Below are positions 26,690-37,800 of a DNA stretch of 64,000 bases, piece by piece. Position numbers and translations under genes: made by a program. Position 1 is the first letter of the stretch. Each line of letters begins with the position of its first letter. The notes beneath the pieces are model-generated. The model ran no database searches, had not been told where the DNA came from, and was given only the letters and a program-made list of their open reading frames with translations. This DNA is from a virus (taxonomy: Duplodnaviria; Heunggongvirae; Uroviricota; Caudoviricetes), in the IMG/VR virus record IMGVR_UViG_3300042402_002792. One strand, 5' to 3'.

Positions 26690-29600
26690 ATGGCTCAAGA
26701 ATTTAAAATTGGTAGACTACGTTACACCTGGAGGGGAATATGGGCTACTGCGACTTTTTACAACAGAGATGCTGTAGCAGCGTTTGATGGTAAAACATAT
26801 GTTTGTATAGTACCACATACTTCAAGTAATTTTTACGACGACTACTTTAATATCGAACCTAGCGGAGAAGTAAAACCTTACTGGACTTTGATGCTCGACG
26901 GTCAAAGTTGGGTTGGTGAGTGGACTCCAACAACAGCATACACAATATCAAATATTGTTTTGTATTCAGGAACTGTATACAAATGTATTACTAATCATAC
27001 TAGTACTACTACATTTGATCCTACTAAGTGGCAAGTGTATGTAGCAGTTGATAGTAGCTGGGTAAATGTTTATACACCATCAACATTTTATTATAAAGGG
27101 GATGTTGCAAAATTTGGCGGCATTGTATATAAATGCAATGTAGATCATTTAGCTAACCCTGCTTATTTTCCTGACTACACTAAATGGGATGTTCAATACG
27201 AAGGTGTAGAATTTAAAGGCGAATGGGATCTTAACAGTGTTCAGTACAAACAAAACGATATTGTAAAGTACGGTTCAAGTCTTTGGATCTGTCAATTTAA
27301 TCACACTTCAAGTTCTGGATTTGACGGGACTATTGATACCGATGACTCAACTAAAGCATGGCTGTTATGGATACCCGGTGCTGAATATGAGAATACATGG
27401 AATTCAGCAATTACATATCAACTAGGTGACGTTGTTATGTACGGCGGTTATAGTTATATAAATCGCATTGTTAATAATACAAATTTAATTCCACCAGATG
27501 CAGCAGACGATTCTACTCCAGCATGGGAATTATTAACTATAGGATATAGATTTTTAGACGGTTGGCAAAATTCTACAACTTACTACATTGGCAGTGTTGT
27601 TAGACACGGCGGTTCTTTATATCAAGCTGTTCAAGATAATATTAATGAAAGTCCTACTGACAATTCAGTAACAACTACTTATACCGCTACTGGTAGCTCA
27701 GGCAGGACACTTAAAGTTGCCTCAACAACCAACCTTGTTCCTGGTATGTTTATTTCTGGTTTAAGGTTTAGTAAAGGGCAATATATTGATAGTATTGTTG
27801 ATAATACTACCCTTAAAATTAGCCAAGAACCGTATGCAACAATAACAAACGGAGCAACACTTACTTTCAGTGGTGTAGATACTGCTAACTGGGAATTAAT
27901 TACTCAAGGCATTCGTTGGCGTAATCGCTGGTCAAGTGGACAGTCTTATCTAGTAGGCGATATTTCTGTTTATATTAATAAAACTTATAGATGCATTAAA
28001 AATCATACAAGTACTCTTATTAATAGACCAGATCAAGACACAAATAATGTTAACTGGGTAATATTTTTAAATCATGATAGAAATAACGTTCTTAATGATT
28101 TAGGAGATATTATTGTTAATAGTGAAGGAAATAATATTGCATTGCCGATAGGATCCGAAGGATACTTATTAAAATCAATTTACGGTGTTCCTACATGGTC
28201 AAATTTCTTACAAACACCTAAAGTGTATTATGTAACGCCTGACGGAACAGATAGTGTAGATAGTGGAACCACATGGGATAATCCGTGGCGCAGTATTAGG
28301 TATGCATGTGACAGTATAAGTGCGGGCCTAAGTAATCCAAATGCAAAAATTTTACTTCTTAATAATAGAAACTTTATTGAAGAAGAAGCATGGCAATGGC
28401 AAGTCTATCAAATTGCTAATAGTATTTCACCGTTTAATGTTTCAGGGCTATCTCTCGATGAAGAAAAAACTAGACGTGACACAAAATATTGTGTTGATGC
28501 AGTAATATATGATTTAGCTCGAGGTGGTAATAGTCAAACTATTGCGTTTACATTAGCGTTTTTTGATAAAGTTGCAAGATACAAATATGCAACAACTGAA
28601 GTAGCACAACAAATTAATTACTATATTGCAACTATAAACAGAATTTTTATATTAATTAATACCATTGCTTCAGGTAATTCTGTAAGTCCGTTATACCAAA
28701 CTTTAAATGGCATTTCTTCTCCTATTGTACAACAATCTGGCCCTAGTTTAACAGCACAATCTTTAACTGACATCGATTCTTTTAAAACTATTGTCACTAC
28801 TGCTCTAGGATCAGGAGATTCTACAGAGATACCGCCAGAAAATTCTGGACTAACTGCAACTATTCAAGTAAAGACCGGTACTTATAGAGAAGAATTACCT
28901 ATTGTAGTTCCTGCAAACACTGCCTTAAATGGAGACGAATTGCGTGGAGTAGTAGTTTATCCTAAAGTTATTATCAATTCTTTAGTAACAAGATCTTTTG
29001 CAGGAACAAATAAATTTAGAGTTGGCAGTACAGCTGGAATGACCGCAGGAACACCAGTTCAGTTTGATTCAATTTATTCAGTCAACGGTGTGAATAGCGT
29101 ATTCGGGGGTGTAACTAGAGGAACAACGTATTATGTTATTGGAAGTTCAATTACAGATACTGAATTCTCTGTAAGTACAACAGCAAACGGATTACCTGTA
29201 CTCCTTAGCAACTTCACCAGTCAGATGTATGTCTATGGCGGTGATGCACTTAAAGATATGTTTAGATGCCAAAACGGTACTGGTATAAGAAATATGACTC
29301 TTTCTGGTCTACTAGGATGCCTTACAGATGAAAACCTTTATCTAACTCGAAGACCAACTGGCGGCTTTTATGTTGGATTAGATATTGGAGCAAATCAAGA
29401 TGACACTAGTGCCTGGATCTATAGAAAAAGCCCGTATATTCAAAACGTATCAACTTTTGGACGCGGAGCAATTGGATTAAAAATTGACGGCTCATATCAT
29501 AATGGCGGTAATAAGTCTATTGTTTGTAACGACTTTACACAAATTATTTCAGACGGAATCGGTATATGGTGTACAGGAACTGATGCATTATGTGAAGCAG

Positions 29601-32600
29601 TTTCTGTTTTCTCATACTATGCTTATGCAGGATATTTTGCAGAGGCTGGCGGTAGAATTCGTGCTACTAATGGAAATAGCTCATACGGAACATTCGGTGT
29701 AGTTGCTGAAGGATTTGATACTAGTGAAGTTCCTATTTCTGGACAGGTAAACAATCAATATTTTGAAGCTCAAGCTACCCCGTTTAGTTCTCTAGGCTCT
29801 GAAGCAGAAATTTTAAAAATTCAATACAATCATGCAGGTCAAAATTATTTTAACGAAGTAACTAATTTAATTCGTTACAGTAATAGTTTTACTACTACTG
29901 GAGGTAACGGCTGGAGTACAGATGGTAATTTAACATTAGTACAATCAATTACTTCCCCTATGGGAACAACTGACGGATGGTTAGCAGAAGGAACTAGTGC
30001 TGTTGGAGCAACTGGCTCAGTTTCAACATCGACCGCAATTACTCCGTCGGGAGCAAGTTATACAGCTCTGTCTGGTATAAACATAACTGGATCAGGTACT
30101 AGTGCTACGTTTAATGTTATAGTATCTAGTACAACCTATCTTGTAACAATTAATGCCGGCGGTTCTGGATACGTTGTTAGTAACCAGATAAGAATATTAG
30201 GTACACAACTAGGCGGAACTAGTCCTGCTAACGATTTAGTTATTACAGTTACTGGTTTGTCCGGTACTACAATTACGTCAATATCGTCAACTGGTACAGT
30301 TCAAAGCGGTGCCACTCAACCGTATTATTTTAGTATTTTTATTAAAAAGGGAACTTCTCCAACATTTGATGTTCAGTTGGAATATAGTGGAACTCAAACA
30401 ACTGGAAGCACTATAAGTTATAATTTTGATTTAAACACTATAACTCCAGGATCTATCTCTGCAGGACTTGTTCCGATTACCTTTAATGCTACCCCAGTGT
30501 CAAATAGTAATGGGTGGATCAGATTGTCTTTTGTAAGCTATGATAGTATTGCTTTAAACAATACACTTACTGTAAGATTATATCCTAAAGGTCTAAGCTC
30601 AATTACAGGTTATAGTTTTATGTTCGGCGCTCAACTCGAACTAGGAAATACCTTAGGGTTTTATCTAAGCACAAACGGACACAGATATACAGCAAATGCA
30701 AACTTTGTTGTTAAAGGTCCTGGATCAAATCTTAGTTTAGTTGCAAATGAAACTAGAAGCTCTGCTGTTTATAAGACTCGTGTTTTAGAAGTTGATGGTA
30801 TAACCGGAGGAACAAATTATCTTTTTGTAGCTAATAACGCTCAATCAGGTAGTGCTAGCACTCTTACTATTGCAGCATCTGATACAACAGGGGAAAAACC
30901 CTATTTAGGCATGCGTTTATTTGTCAATAACGGTTTAGGTGCGGGACAGTATGGAACTATTAGCTTTTATGATCCTTTAATAAAAGAAGCAACGGTACTA
31001 AAAGAATCTTTTAGTCAGCTTGAAGTTACAACAACTGATGCAGCTACTGATAAGTTTAGTCTATCATTATCTACTGATCCGTATACTCTGTACACAGATC
31101 AACCAGTTCAGTTTGTTCCCACACATTATGAAATCGATATTGATCGTATTTCGCAAGACGATATTAATGTACTTAATACTGTAGGCGGAACACAAAATAG
31201 AATGGTAGTTACTTCTACAGCTAAACTTATATTAGGAATGCCTGTTAATTTTAGCGGAACTACATTTGGCGGTGTTACTGATAGTTTTACATATTACATT
31301 ATTAATATAATTGATGAATTTAATATACAAGTCTCTACTACGTTAGGGGGCTCTGTAGTATTTCTCAATAATGCATCAGGAGACATGCAGTTAAACTTTC
31401 CAGCGTATACTAGCTATCTAAGCGGTAGCACTACAAATATGGAAATTAACTTGCCTATATTTTTTACTGGCAATGTGTTAAGCGATGTTGTAGCTGGCCA
31501 AACATATTACATTAACGATATTTTTGGAGCAAATTTATTTACAATTTCGCAATCTTTAGTAACTATAGCTGCAACAGCCACAGCAGTTAACACTAATTTA
31601 ATAACTGTTGATAATACTAGTAATTTAGTAAGTTTAAATCCTATTAAATTTACAGATGTTATAGGGGGATTAACTAACGGAGTGAAATATTATATTAAGA
31701 ATATTCCTAGCCCTAGCACAATTTCCCTTACAGATACAATTATTTCAACTACAGCAACAGCAAGTGTTGAGTCTAGTGATTTAATTACAGTAACAAGTAC
31801 AACCGGATTTCAAATAGGTAATCCTGTAGTATTTACTGGTCCAACATTTGGCGGTCTAGTTAATGATCAAACTTATTACATTCATTATGTTAATGACGGA
31901 ACTACATTCTCTATAAGCAATACGTCTACATTATTAACCGTAAACGTAACTGCAACATCTGATACTAACAATGCAATTACTTGCGGTTCAACAACTAATT
32001 TAACTCCTTTAAATCCGATTGTGTTTAGAGGAACTACTATTGGACCTTTAGTAGATGGAGTGACTTTTTACGTTAACAGAATTTTATCTCCTACAGAATT
32101 TACTATATCAGGATTAGTTACTTCTGTAATAGCAACAGAAACAGAACCATTATCTAACTTAATACATGTTTCTTCTACTGCTGGATTTCAAGCAAACAAT
32201 CCGATCATATTTGGAGGAGATACGTTTGGAGGAATTGTATCGGGACAAATATACTATATTTCTGCTGTTAACTCAGCTATAGATTTTACAATTAGTACCA
32301 CTCCCGGCGGATCAGCAGTTACATTAACGGCAGGAACAGGAACTCTAGTAGCAAGAACTGGCACTACTGTTACAATGACAACCGCTAGCGGGACAATGAC
32401 TGGTTACAGTCGATTTACTAATATTCCTGTAAGTTTAACTAGTGGTGTAGGAGAAGTAATTGTTAGAGCAGCAGGGGCAGACGTTGCTTTAACTGCTGCA
32501 ACAGGAGCAATGACTGGTACAACAACCTCAAGTAAAGAAGTATTAGAAGCTGATGCGGGTCCTAACATGACTGGCACATTTACAGTACCATTAATAGGAG

Positions 32601-34831
32601 GCATAAGTCAAGGAACTACTTATTATGTTAGAACTATAGATACTACTAGTGTTCCGGCTACATTTACAGTTGCAGCAACATCTGGCGGAGTAACTGATGT
32701 GCAGATCACTAACGGAACAGGATCGATGCAAGTTGGTGAGGTAGGGTGGGATCATATTAATGCAGGTACTACGTTAGCTACTACATTTGATTCAACATCT
32801 AGTTACACTATTGAACCTAGAGTATACTATGAAAAACCAGATTTTTCTGTTACAAGTTCTTCAGTATACACTCAACTAGATCCAGCGGCTACATATCAAG
32901 ACATTGCATTTGGTAAAGGAAATTTTGCAGCACTACCAGCAGCTGGTACTACATTAGCTGTATCTAATACAGGCCTTAACTGGACAACAACTGAATTGCC
33001 GTTACCCCCAGGCGGAACAGCAACTTGGTCTGGAATAGCATACGGAAACAATTACTGGGTAATTATGGCAAGCGGAAACTCTGGCGGAGCTGGTTCTAGA
33101 GTACTGTATTCAAATAGCAATTTAGCTACATGGAAATCAAGTGATTTACCAGCTAATGCAGCATGGACTTACTTAACGTATGGAAACGGATATTTTGTAG
33201 CAATTACTAATAATTCTGCTACAGTGGCATATTCATCAACTAACGGATCCTCGTGGTTAGCAGGTTCAGGTTTACCATCTCAATCGTGGAGAGGGGTAGT
33301 ATATGGCAAAGATAAATTTATTGCTGTAGCTACTGGTTCAGCTACCGGAGCTAGAAGTTCCGACGGCGCAACTTGGACATCGATAACTCTTCCTCGTTCA
33401 GACACTTGGTCTGCAATTGCTTTTGGTAATGGTAGATTTGTTGCTATAAGTTCATCCTTAAGTAAAGCCATTTATAGTTTTGATGGCATAACATGGTCTA
33501 CTGGATTGTATAATATTCAAGGAGCATTTTTAACTTACGGTAACGGGTTATTTGTAGCTACTGATCCTACAACATCGATAGTATATTATAGTGAAGATGG
33601 TTTATCATGGACTAGATCTATTGCAGTATTAGGCTGTGGTGTAGGAGCATACGGCATTACTGGCAGTACTGGAAGAATTATCACAGTAAACGGCCTGTCA
33701 GATTCTAAAGCTATTTCTGGAGGAGCAAGAGCTAAAGCACGCCCAGTAGTTGCTAACGGAAAAATTATTGAAATTAATGAATGGGAACCAGGAGGCAATT
33801 ATGTACTTGCCCCAGACGTGTTTATAGCAGATAGTAATGCAACAGTAAAAGCTAGTGTAGATCCTTTACGTAATTCTGGTTCTTTAGCAGACCCAACTTT
33901 TGTAAACAGGGGATCGGGATACAATACGTTAACTACAACAATTGACATATATGGAGATGGATACGCAGACGATTTCCAAACTGGTATTAGTTTAATTTTT
34001 AATAATTTAACTAGACTACCTAGTCCAGGTGATAATTTGTCTATAGGTACTGATACAACCATTTATAAAGTTACTAATGCAATTGCACTAGATGGTACAG
34101 CACCTCCTACAGTTCTAGCACAAATTGATATAAGTCCCGAAATGACTGTAGGAAAAAGCCCTGCTCACGGAACTGCTGTGTCAATTCGTACAAAATACAG
34201 TCAAGCAAGACTTACTAATCACGACTTTTTGAATATAGGATACGGTAATTTTGAAGAATCTAACTACCCGGGAGTTCCAGTAGAAACGTTACTAAGTCCT
34301 CAAAATGAAACTGTGGAAAGTAACTATGGTAGAGTGTTTTATAGTTCAACTGATCAAGACGGTAACTTTAGAGTTGGCGAACTTTTTGCTGTAGAACAAG
34401 CAACAGGTATTGTTACTCTAAGTGCTAGCCAGTTTGGACTAGAAGGTTTAAATGAACTTAGTATCGGTGGTGTTAGTATCGGTGGATCTAGTGTTATTAT
34501 TACACAATTCAGTACAGATGAAACATTTACAGCTAACAGTAATACTATTATTCCTACACAAAGGGCTATTAAATCGTATCTATCTGCTAGATTAACACAG
34601 GGCGGATCGAATACATTTACTGGCGAATTAACTGCTGGTACAGTCAAGGTTGGTGGTCCAGACAGAATTCAAAGTACTGTCCCTGAAGGAGCTCCAGGAT
34701 CTCGGGTTAAAATACCGGTCAAAGCAAATATTTCTGGAAGCGAAAACGGAATGATAGACGGCGACGGAATGGCATTGTCCTATTTCTTTAAAACACTAAT
34801 TTCAGATAGAGGTGTTCCTAACGGACAATAA
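26690..34831 (+). CDS. Giant multidomain virion protein (2713 aa): CBM5/12-like repeats, beta-helix, beta-rich repeats, BNR-like propeller
   Basis: W...T.Y..GD.V.YGG..Y.C repeats, YYVTPDG.D, GDELRG, KSPYIQN, SSDGATW-type repeats and STDQDGNFRVG. Confidence 0.75.
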   Translation: MAQEFKIGRLRYTWRGIWATATFYNRDAVAAFDGKTYVCIVPHTSSNFYDDYFNIEPSGEVKPYWTLMLDGQSWVGEWTPTTAYTISNIVLYSGTVYKCITNHTSTTTFDPTKWQVYVAVDSSWVNVYTPSTFYYKGDVAKFGGIVYKCNVDHLANPAYFPDYTKWDVQYEGVEFKGEWDLNSVQYKQNDIVKYGSSLWICQFNHTSSSGFDGTIDTDDSTKAWLLWIPGAEYENTWNSAITYQLGDVVMYGGYSYINRIVNNTNLIPPDAADDSTPAWELLTIGYRFLDGWQNSTTYYIGSVVRHGGSLYQAVQDNINESPTDNSVTTTYTATGSSGRTLKVASTTNLVPGMFISGLRFSKGQYIDSIVDNTTLKISQEPYATITNGATLTFSGVDTANWELITQGIRWRNRWSSGQSYLVGDISVYINKTYRCIKNHTSTLINRPDQDTNNVNWVIFLNHDRNNVLNDLGDIIVNSEGNNIALPIGSEGYLLKSIYGVPTWSNFLQTPKVYYVTPDGTDSVDSGTTWDNPWRSIRYACDSISAGLSNPNAKILLLNNRNFIEEEAWQWQVYQIANSISPFNVSGLSLDEEKTRRDTKYCVDAVIYDLARGGNSQTIAFTLAFFDKVARYKYATTEVAQQINYYIATINRIFILINTIASGNSVSPLYQTLNGISSPIVQQSGPSLTAQSLTDIDSFKTIVTTALGSGDSTEIPPENSGLTATIQVKTGTYREELPIVVPANTALNGDELRGVVVYPKVIINSLVTRSFAGTNKFRVGSTAGMTAGTPVQFDSIYSVNGVNSVFGGVTRGTTYYVIGSSITDTEFSVSTTANGLPVLLSNFTSQMYVYGGDALKDMFRCQNGTGIRNMTLSGLLGCLTDENLYLTRRPTGGFYVGLDIGANQDDTSAWIYRKSPYIQNVSTFGRGAIGLKIDGSYHNGGNKSIVCNDFTQIISDGIGIWCTGTDALCEAVSVFSYYAYAGYFAEAGGRIRATNGNSSYGTFGVVAEGFDTSEVPISGQVNNQYFEAQATPFSSLGSEAEILKIQYNHAGQNYFNEVTNLIRYSNSFTTTGGNGWSTDGNLTLVQSITSPMGTTDGWLAEGTSAVGATGSVSTSTAITPSGASYTALSGINITGSGTSATFNVIVSSTTYLVTINAGGSGYVVSNQIRILGTQLGGTSPANDLVITVTGLSGTTITSISSTGTVQSGATQPYYFSIFIKKGTSPTFDVQLEYSGTQTTGSTISYNFDLNTITPGSISAGLVPITFNATPVSNSNGWIRLSFVSYDSIALNNTLTVRLYPKGLSSITGYSFMFGAQLELGNTLGFYLSTNGHRYTANANFVVKGPGSNLSLVANETRSSAVYKTRVLEVDGITGGTNYLFVANNAQSGSASTLTIAASDTTGEKPYLGMRLFVNNGLGAGQYGTISFYDPLIKEATVLKESFSQLEVTTTDAATDKFSLSLSTDPYTLYTDQPVQFVPTHYEIDIDRISQDDINVLNTVGGTQNRMVVTSTAKLILGMPVNFSGTTFGGVTDSFTYYIINIIDEFNIQVSTTLGGSVVFLNNASGDMQLNFPAYTSYLSGSTTNMEINLPIFFTGNVLSDVVAGQTYYINDIFGANLFTISQSLVTIAATATAVNTNLITVDNTSNLVSLNPIKFTDVIGGLTNGVKYYIKNIPSPSTISLTDTIISTTATASVESSDLITVTSTTGFQIGNPVVFTGPTFGGLVNDQTYYIHYVNDGTTFSISNTSTLLTVNVTATSDTNNAITCGSTTNLTPLNPIVFRGTTIGPLVDGVTFYVNRILSPTEFTISGLVTSVIATETEPLSNLIHVSSTAGFQANNPIIFGGDTFGGIVSGQIYYISAVNSAIDFTISTTPGGSAVTLTAGTGTLVARTGTTVTMTTASGTMTGYSRFTNIPVSLTSGVGEVIVRAAGADVALTAATGAMTGTTTSSKEVLEADAGPNMTGTFTVPLIGGISQGTTYYVRTIDTTSVPATFTVAATSGGVTDVQITNGTGSMQVGEVGWDHINAGTTLATTFDSTSSYTIEPRVYYEKPDFSVTSSSVYTQLDPAATYQDIAFGKGNFAALPAAGTTLAVSNTGLNWTTTELPLPPGGTATWSGIAYGNNYWVIMASGNSGGAGSRVLYSNSNLATWKSSDLPANAAWTYLTYGNGYFVAITNNSATVAYSSTNGSSWLAGSGLPSQSWRGVVYGKDKFIAVATGSATGARSSDGATWTSITLPRSDTWSAIAFGNGRFVAISSSLSKAIYSFDGITWSTGLYNIQGAFLTYGNGLFVATDPTTSIVYYSEDGLSWTRSIAVLGCGVGAYGITGSTGRIITVNGLSDSKAISGGARAKARPVVANGKIIEINEWEPGGNYVLAPDVFIADSNATVKASVDPLRNSGSLADPTFVNRGSGYNTLTTTIDIYGDGYADDFQTGISLIFNNLTRLPSPGDNLSIGTDTTIYKVTNAIALDGTAPPTVLAQIDISPEMTVGKSPAHGTAVSIRTKYSQARLTNHDFLNIGYGNFEESNYPGVPVETLLSPQNETVESNYGRVFYSSTDQDGNFRVGELFAVEQATGIVTLSASQFGLEGLNELSIGGVSIGGSSVIITQFSTDETFTANSNTIIPTQRAIKSYLSARLTQGGSNTFTGELTAGTVKVGGPDRIQSTVPEGAPGSRVKIPVKANISGSENGMIDGDGMALSYFFKTLISDRGVPNGQ

Positions 34832-34839
34832 CTATTCAG

Positions 34840-34846
34840 ATAAATA
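34840..34846 (+). promoter_or_regulatory. Late promoter (ATAAATA)
   Basis: Intergenic, upstream of the AAGGA SD and ATG 34869. Confidence 0.65.
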
Positions 34847-34868
34847 TAAAATCAAAGGATGAAAGCAA

Positions 34869-37800
34869 ATGGCTGAGTTTAAATTAGGTAGAATTAGATT
34901 TGTATGGCGTGGCCAGTGGACAACAGGTACACAGTATCTTGTTGATGACGTCATTAGCAACGGTGGTAAAAGTTATATTTGTGTGATTAATCACACTGCT
35001 GCTGTTAGTTTTGATACAGACTTAGATGCCATACCTACAAAATGGAATATTGTTGCCGATGGTACACAATGGTTAGGAGATTGGACTCCTAGTACATATT
35101 ATAATCCAGGTGCTGTAGTCAAGTATGGTGCTCTAATATACATTTGTAACTCAGGACACACTTCAGCCACATATGCTCCTCCCGCATACTTAGGTTTAGA
35201 AAACGATTTATCTAAATGGGATTTATTTGCAGAAGCATTTAATTGGGTTGGACCATGGACTACAAACACTCGATATAAGATTAATGACTTTGTTGTCTAT
35301 GGCGGAACTACTTATATTTGTAAGTTAGGTCACGTAAGTGCAGCTACATCAAGTTTAGGTTTAGAAGTAGATAATCTAAAATGGGATCCTTTTAACAACG
35401 GGTTAACTTATTTAGGCGACTGGAGCGGAAGCACTGTTCGATATAAGAGAAATGACCTAGTCAAGTACGGTGCAAATTTATGGATATGTACAGTATATCA
35501 CTCAAGTTCAGCTACATTTGATGAATCCAAATGGGAAGTATTTGTTGAAGGCTTTGAATTTGAAAACTCATGGAATAGTGCCACAGTCTATCAACCAGGT
35601 GATGTTGTAACATACGGTGGCTATTCGTATATTTCTAAAACAAATCATACTAACAAACAGCCAACTGCAAATCCTACAGACTGGGCTGTATTTGTTACTG
35701 GATTTAATTTTAGAGGAGAATATGATCCCTTATTAAATTACAGAGTTGGTGACGTTGTTCGTAACGGAAGTTATACTTATGTTGCGTTATTAGACAGTTT
35801 AGGTACTGTAGTTACTAATCAAACATACTGGGGCTTATTAAATCACGGATTTAGATGGACTAATGTACCTGTAACTTACAACGAAGTATCAACAATAACT
35901 GTTACTGGGTTAGGCTCAGGTGCAAAATTTAATATTGTAAGATCAGCAACAGTTTATGCAGTTACATTAGCTACTGGATTTGAAGGTGCTAATTATGCAG
36001 CAGGGGATCGATTAAAAATATTAGGAAGTAGTTTAGGAGGTATTACACCAGCTAACGACTTGACAATTAATGTAAGTACAGTTTCAACAGGTGCTATTGC
36101 AACATTTACATTTAGCGGTGGATCTGTAACATGGAGCATTAATACTGATTATGTTTTAGGTGATGTTGTAACTTACGGCGGTAACAGTTATGTTTGTATA
36201 CTAGCACACACTGCTTCAGGTGGTAATAAACCTGACGCAGATTTAACCGGTACATACTGGAATTTGTTAACAGCAGGTTCAGAAGTTAATATTTTAACTA
36301 CTACTGGCGACCTAGTATACATGGGCGCAAACGGTCCAACAAGATTACCAGTAGGTATCAATGGTCAAGTTTTACGTAGCGACAACGGGTTACCTATCTG
36401 GGCCAACTATGGTTTGATTAATAACCTAGTATATGTAGGTCCTTTAGGAAACGATTTACCATACCCATTAGCAGGCGCTACTATTGATCAGCCATGGAAG
36501 ACTCTTCGATATGCATGTAAACAAGTTGAAGAGGGTTATCTAACACCAAACGCTAAACAAGTTATTGCTATGAACAAACAGTTCATAATGAAAGAAGTTA
36601 GCGCATGGGTAGATTACACATATACGTTAACTATAACATCTTCTGATCAAACTACTGACAGATTTACAACTGCAAGTACTGAAAATCTAATAGCTAATAT
36701 GCCAATTGTATTTTCTGGCACGGTGTTTGGTGGCATTACTTCTGGCACAGTTTACTACGTAAAAACTATTATTAGCACAACTGAATTTACTATCAGTAAC
36801 ATTTCAGGTGGAACATTGCGTCAAATTGACACTGCTAGCGGAACTATGACGTTAAAGCTATCTTACGATGCTACTAAATGTGAAAGAGATGTCGGTATGA
36901 TTGTTGAAGCAATCAAGCACGATATTTCAAGAGGTGGCACAATGAAGACTACCTATGCTGCTAAAACGTACTTTACCGAAGAAGGTAATGCTTATATTAC
37001 AAATAATTTTGGCGCACAAACTACGCAAACTATTGCAGCTTACAATTTTATGGCAGAGCTTCTAGAAGATGTAATCAATAATGTTGCATCAAGCAGTTAC
37101 CAAGTTATTAATGGTAGCACATCTGGTGTTGTACAACAAATTGATTCTACACTAACATCAGAATTAGGAACAGCTCAGAAAGCTAAAGACCTTATTCAGA
37201 TCATAACTACAGCATTAACATTAGGCTCATCTACAGCTATTCCTTTACAAATTTTACCAGCAACTACAATTAGTGTTAAGACTGGTACATTTAATGAGAT
37301 ACTTCCTATTGTAATACCTGAGTATACTGCTGTTGTTGGCGACGAGCTTAGAAGTACTATTATTCAACCAGCAAGCGGTATAGATATACTTGTAAATGAT
37401 AAATCTAAAACTACTAGTGCGTTGAACAGAATTAATAGCTTAGTTCCTGATTTAATTCAAAATAATGCAATAACTCCTACGTCAGGTAACACTGAACAAA
37501 GAAAATACCTTGGCGGATATATAGGCGGAAACACTGCGGTTGTTGCAACTAAAACAGATATCATTAAAGACATAACACTAAACGGATTAGGCAGTGTACC
37601 AGCTATTTCTTTAACTGATCCAACTGGATACAGTAGCGGTTTCTTAAACGGCCGTAGACTATTAGTTAGTAACAAAACTTTTATTGTTAGAGAAATTTCA
37701 GAATGGATTTTAGCACAAATTGCTGGAAACGTTGCTCCATTTGTTGGTGCTACGTTTGCTGGTTCAACTCGCACAGATTTTGAAGTAGTTGTAGGATATG

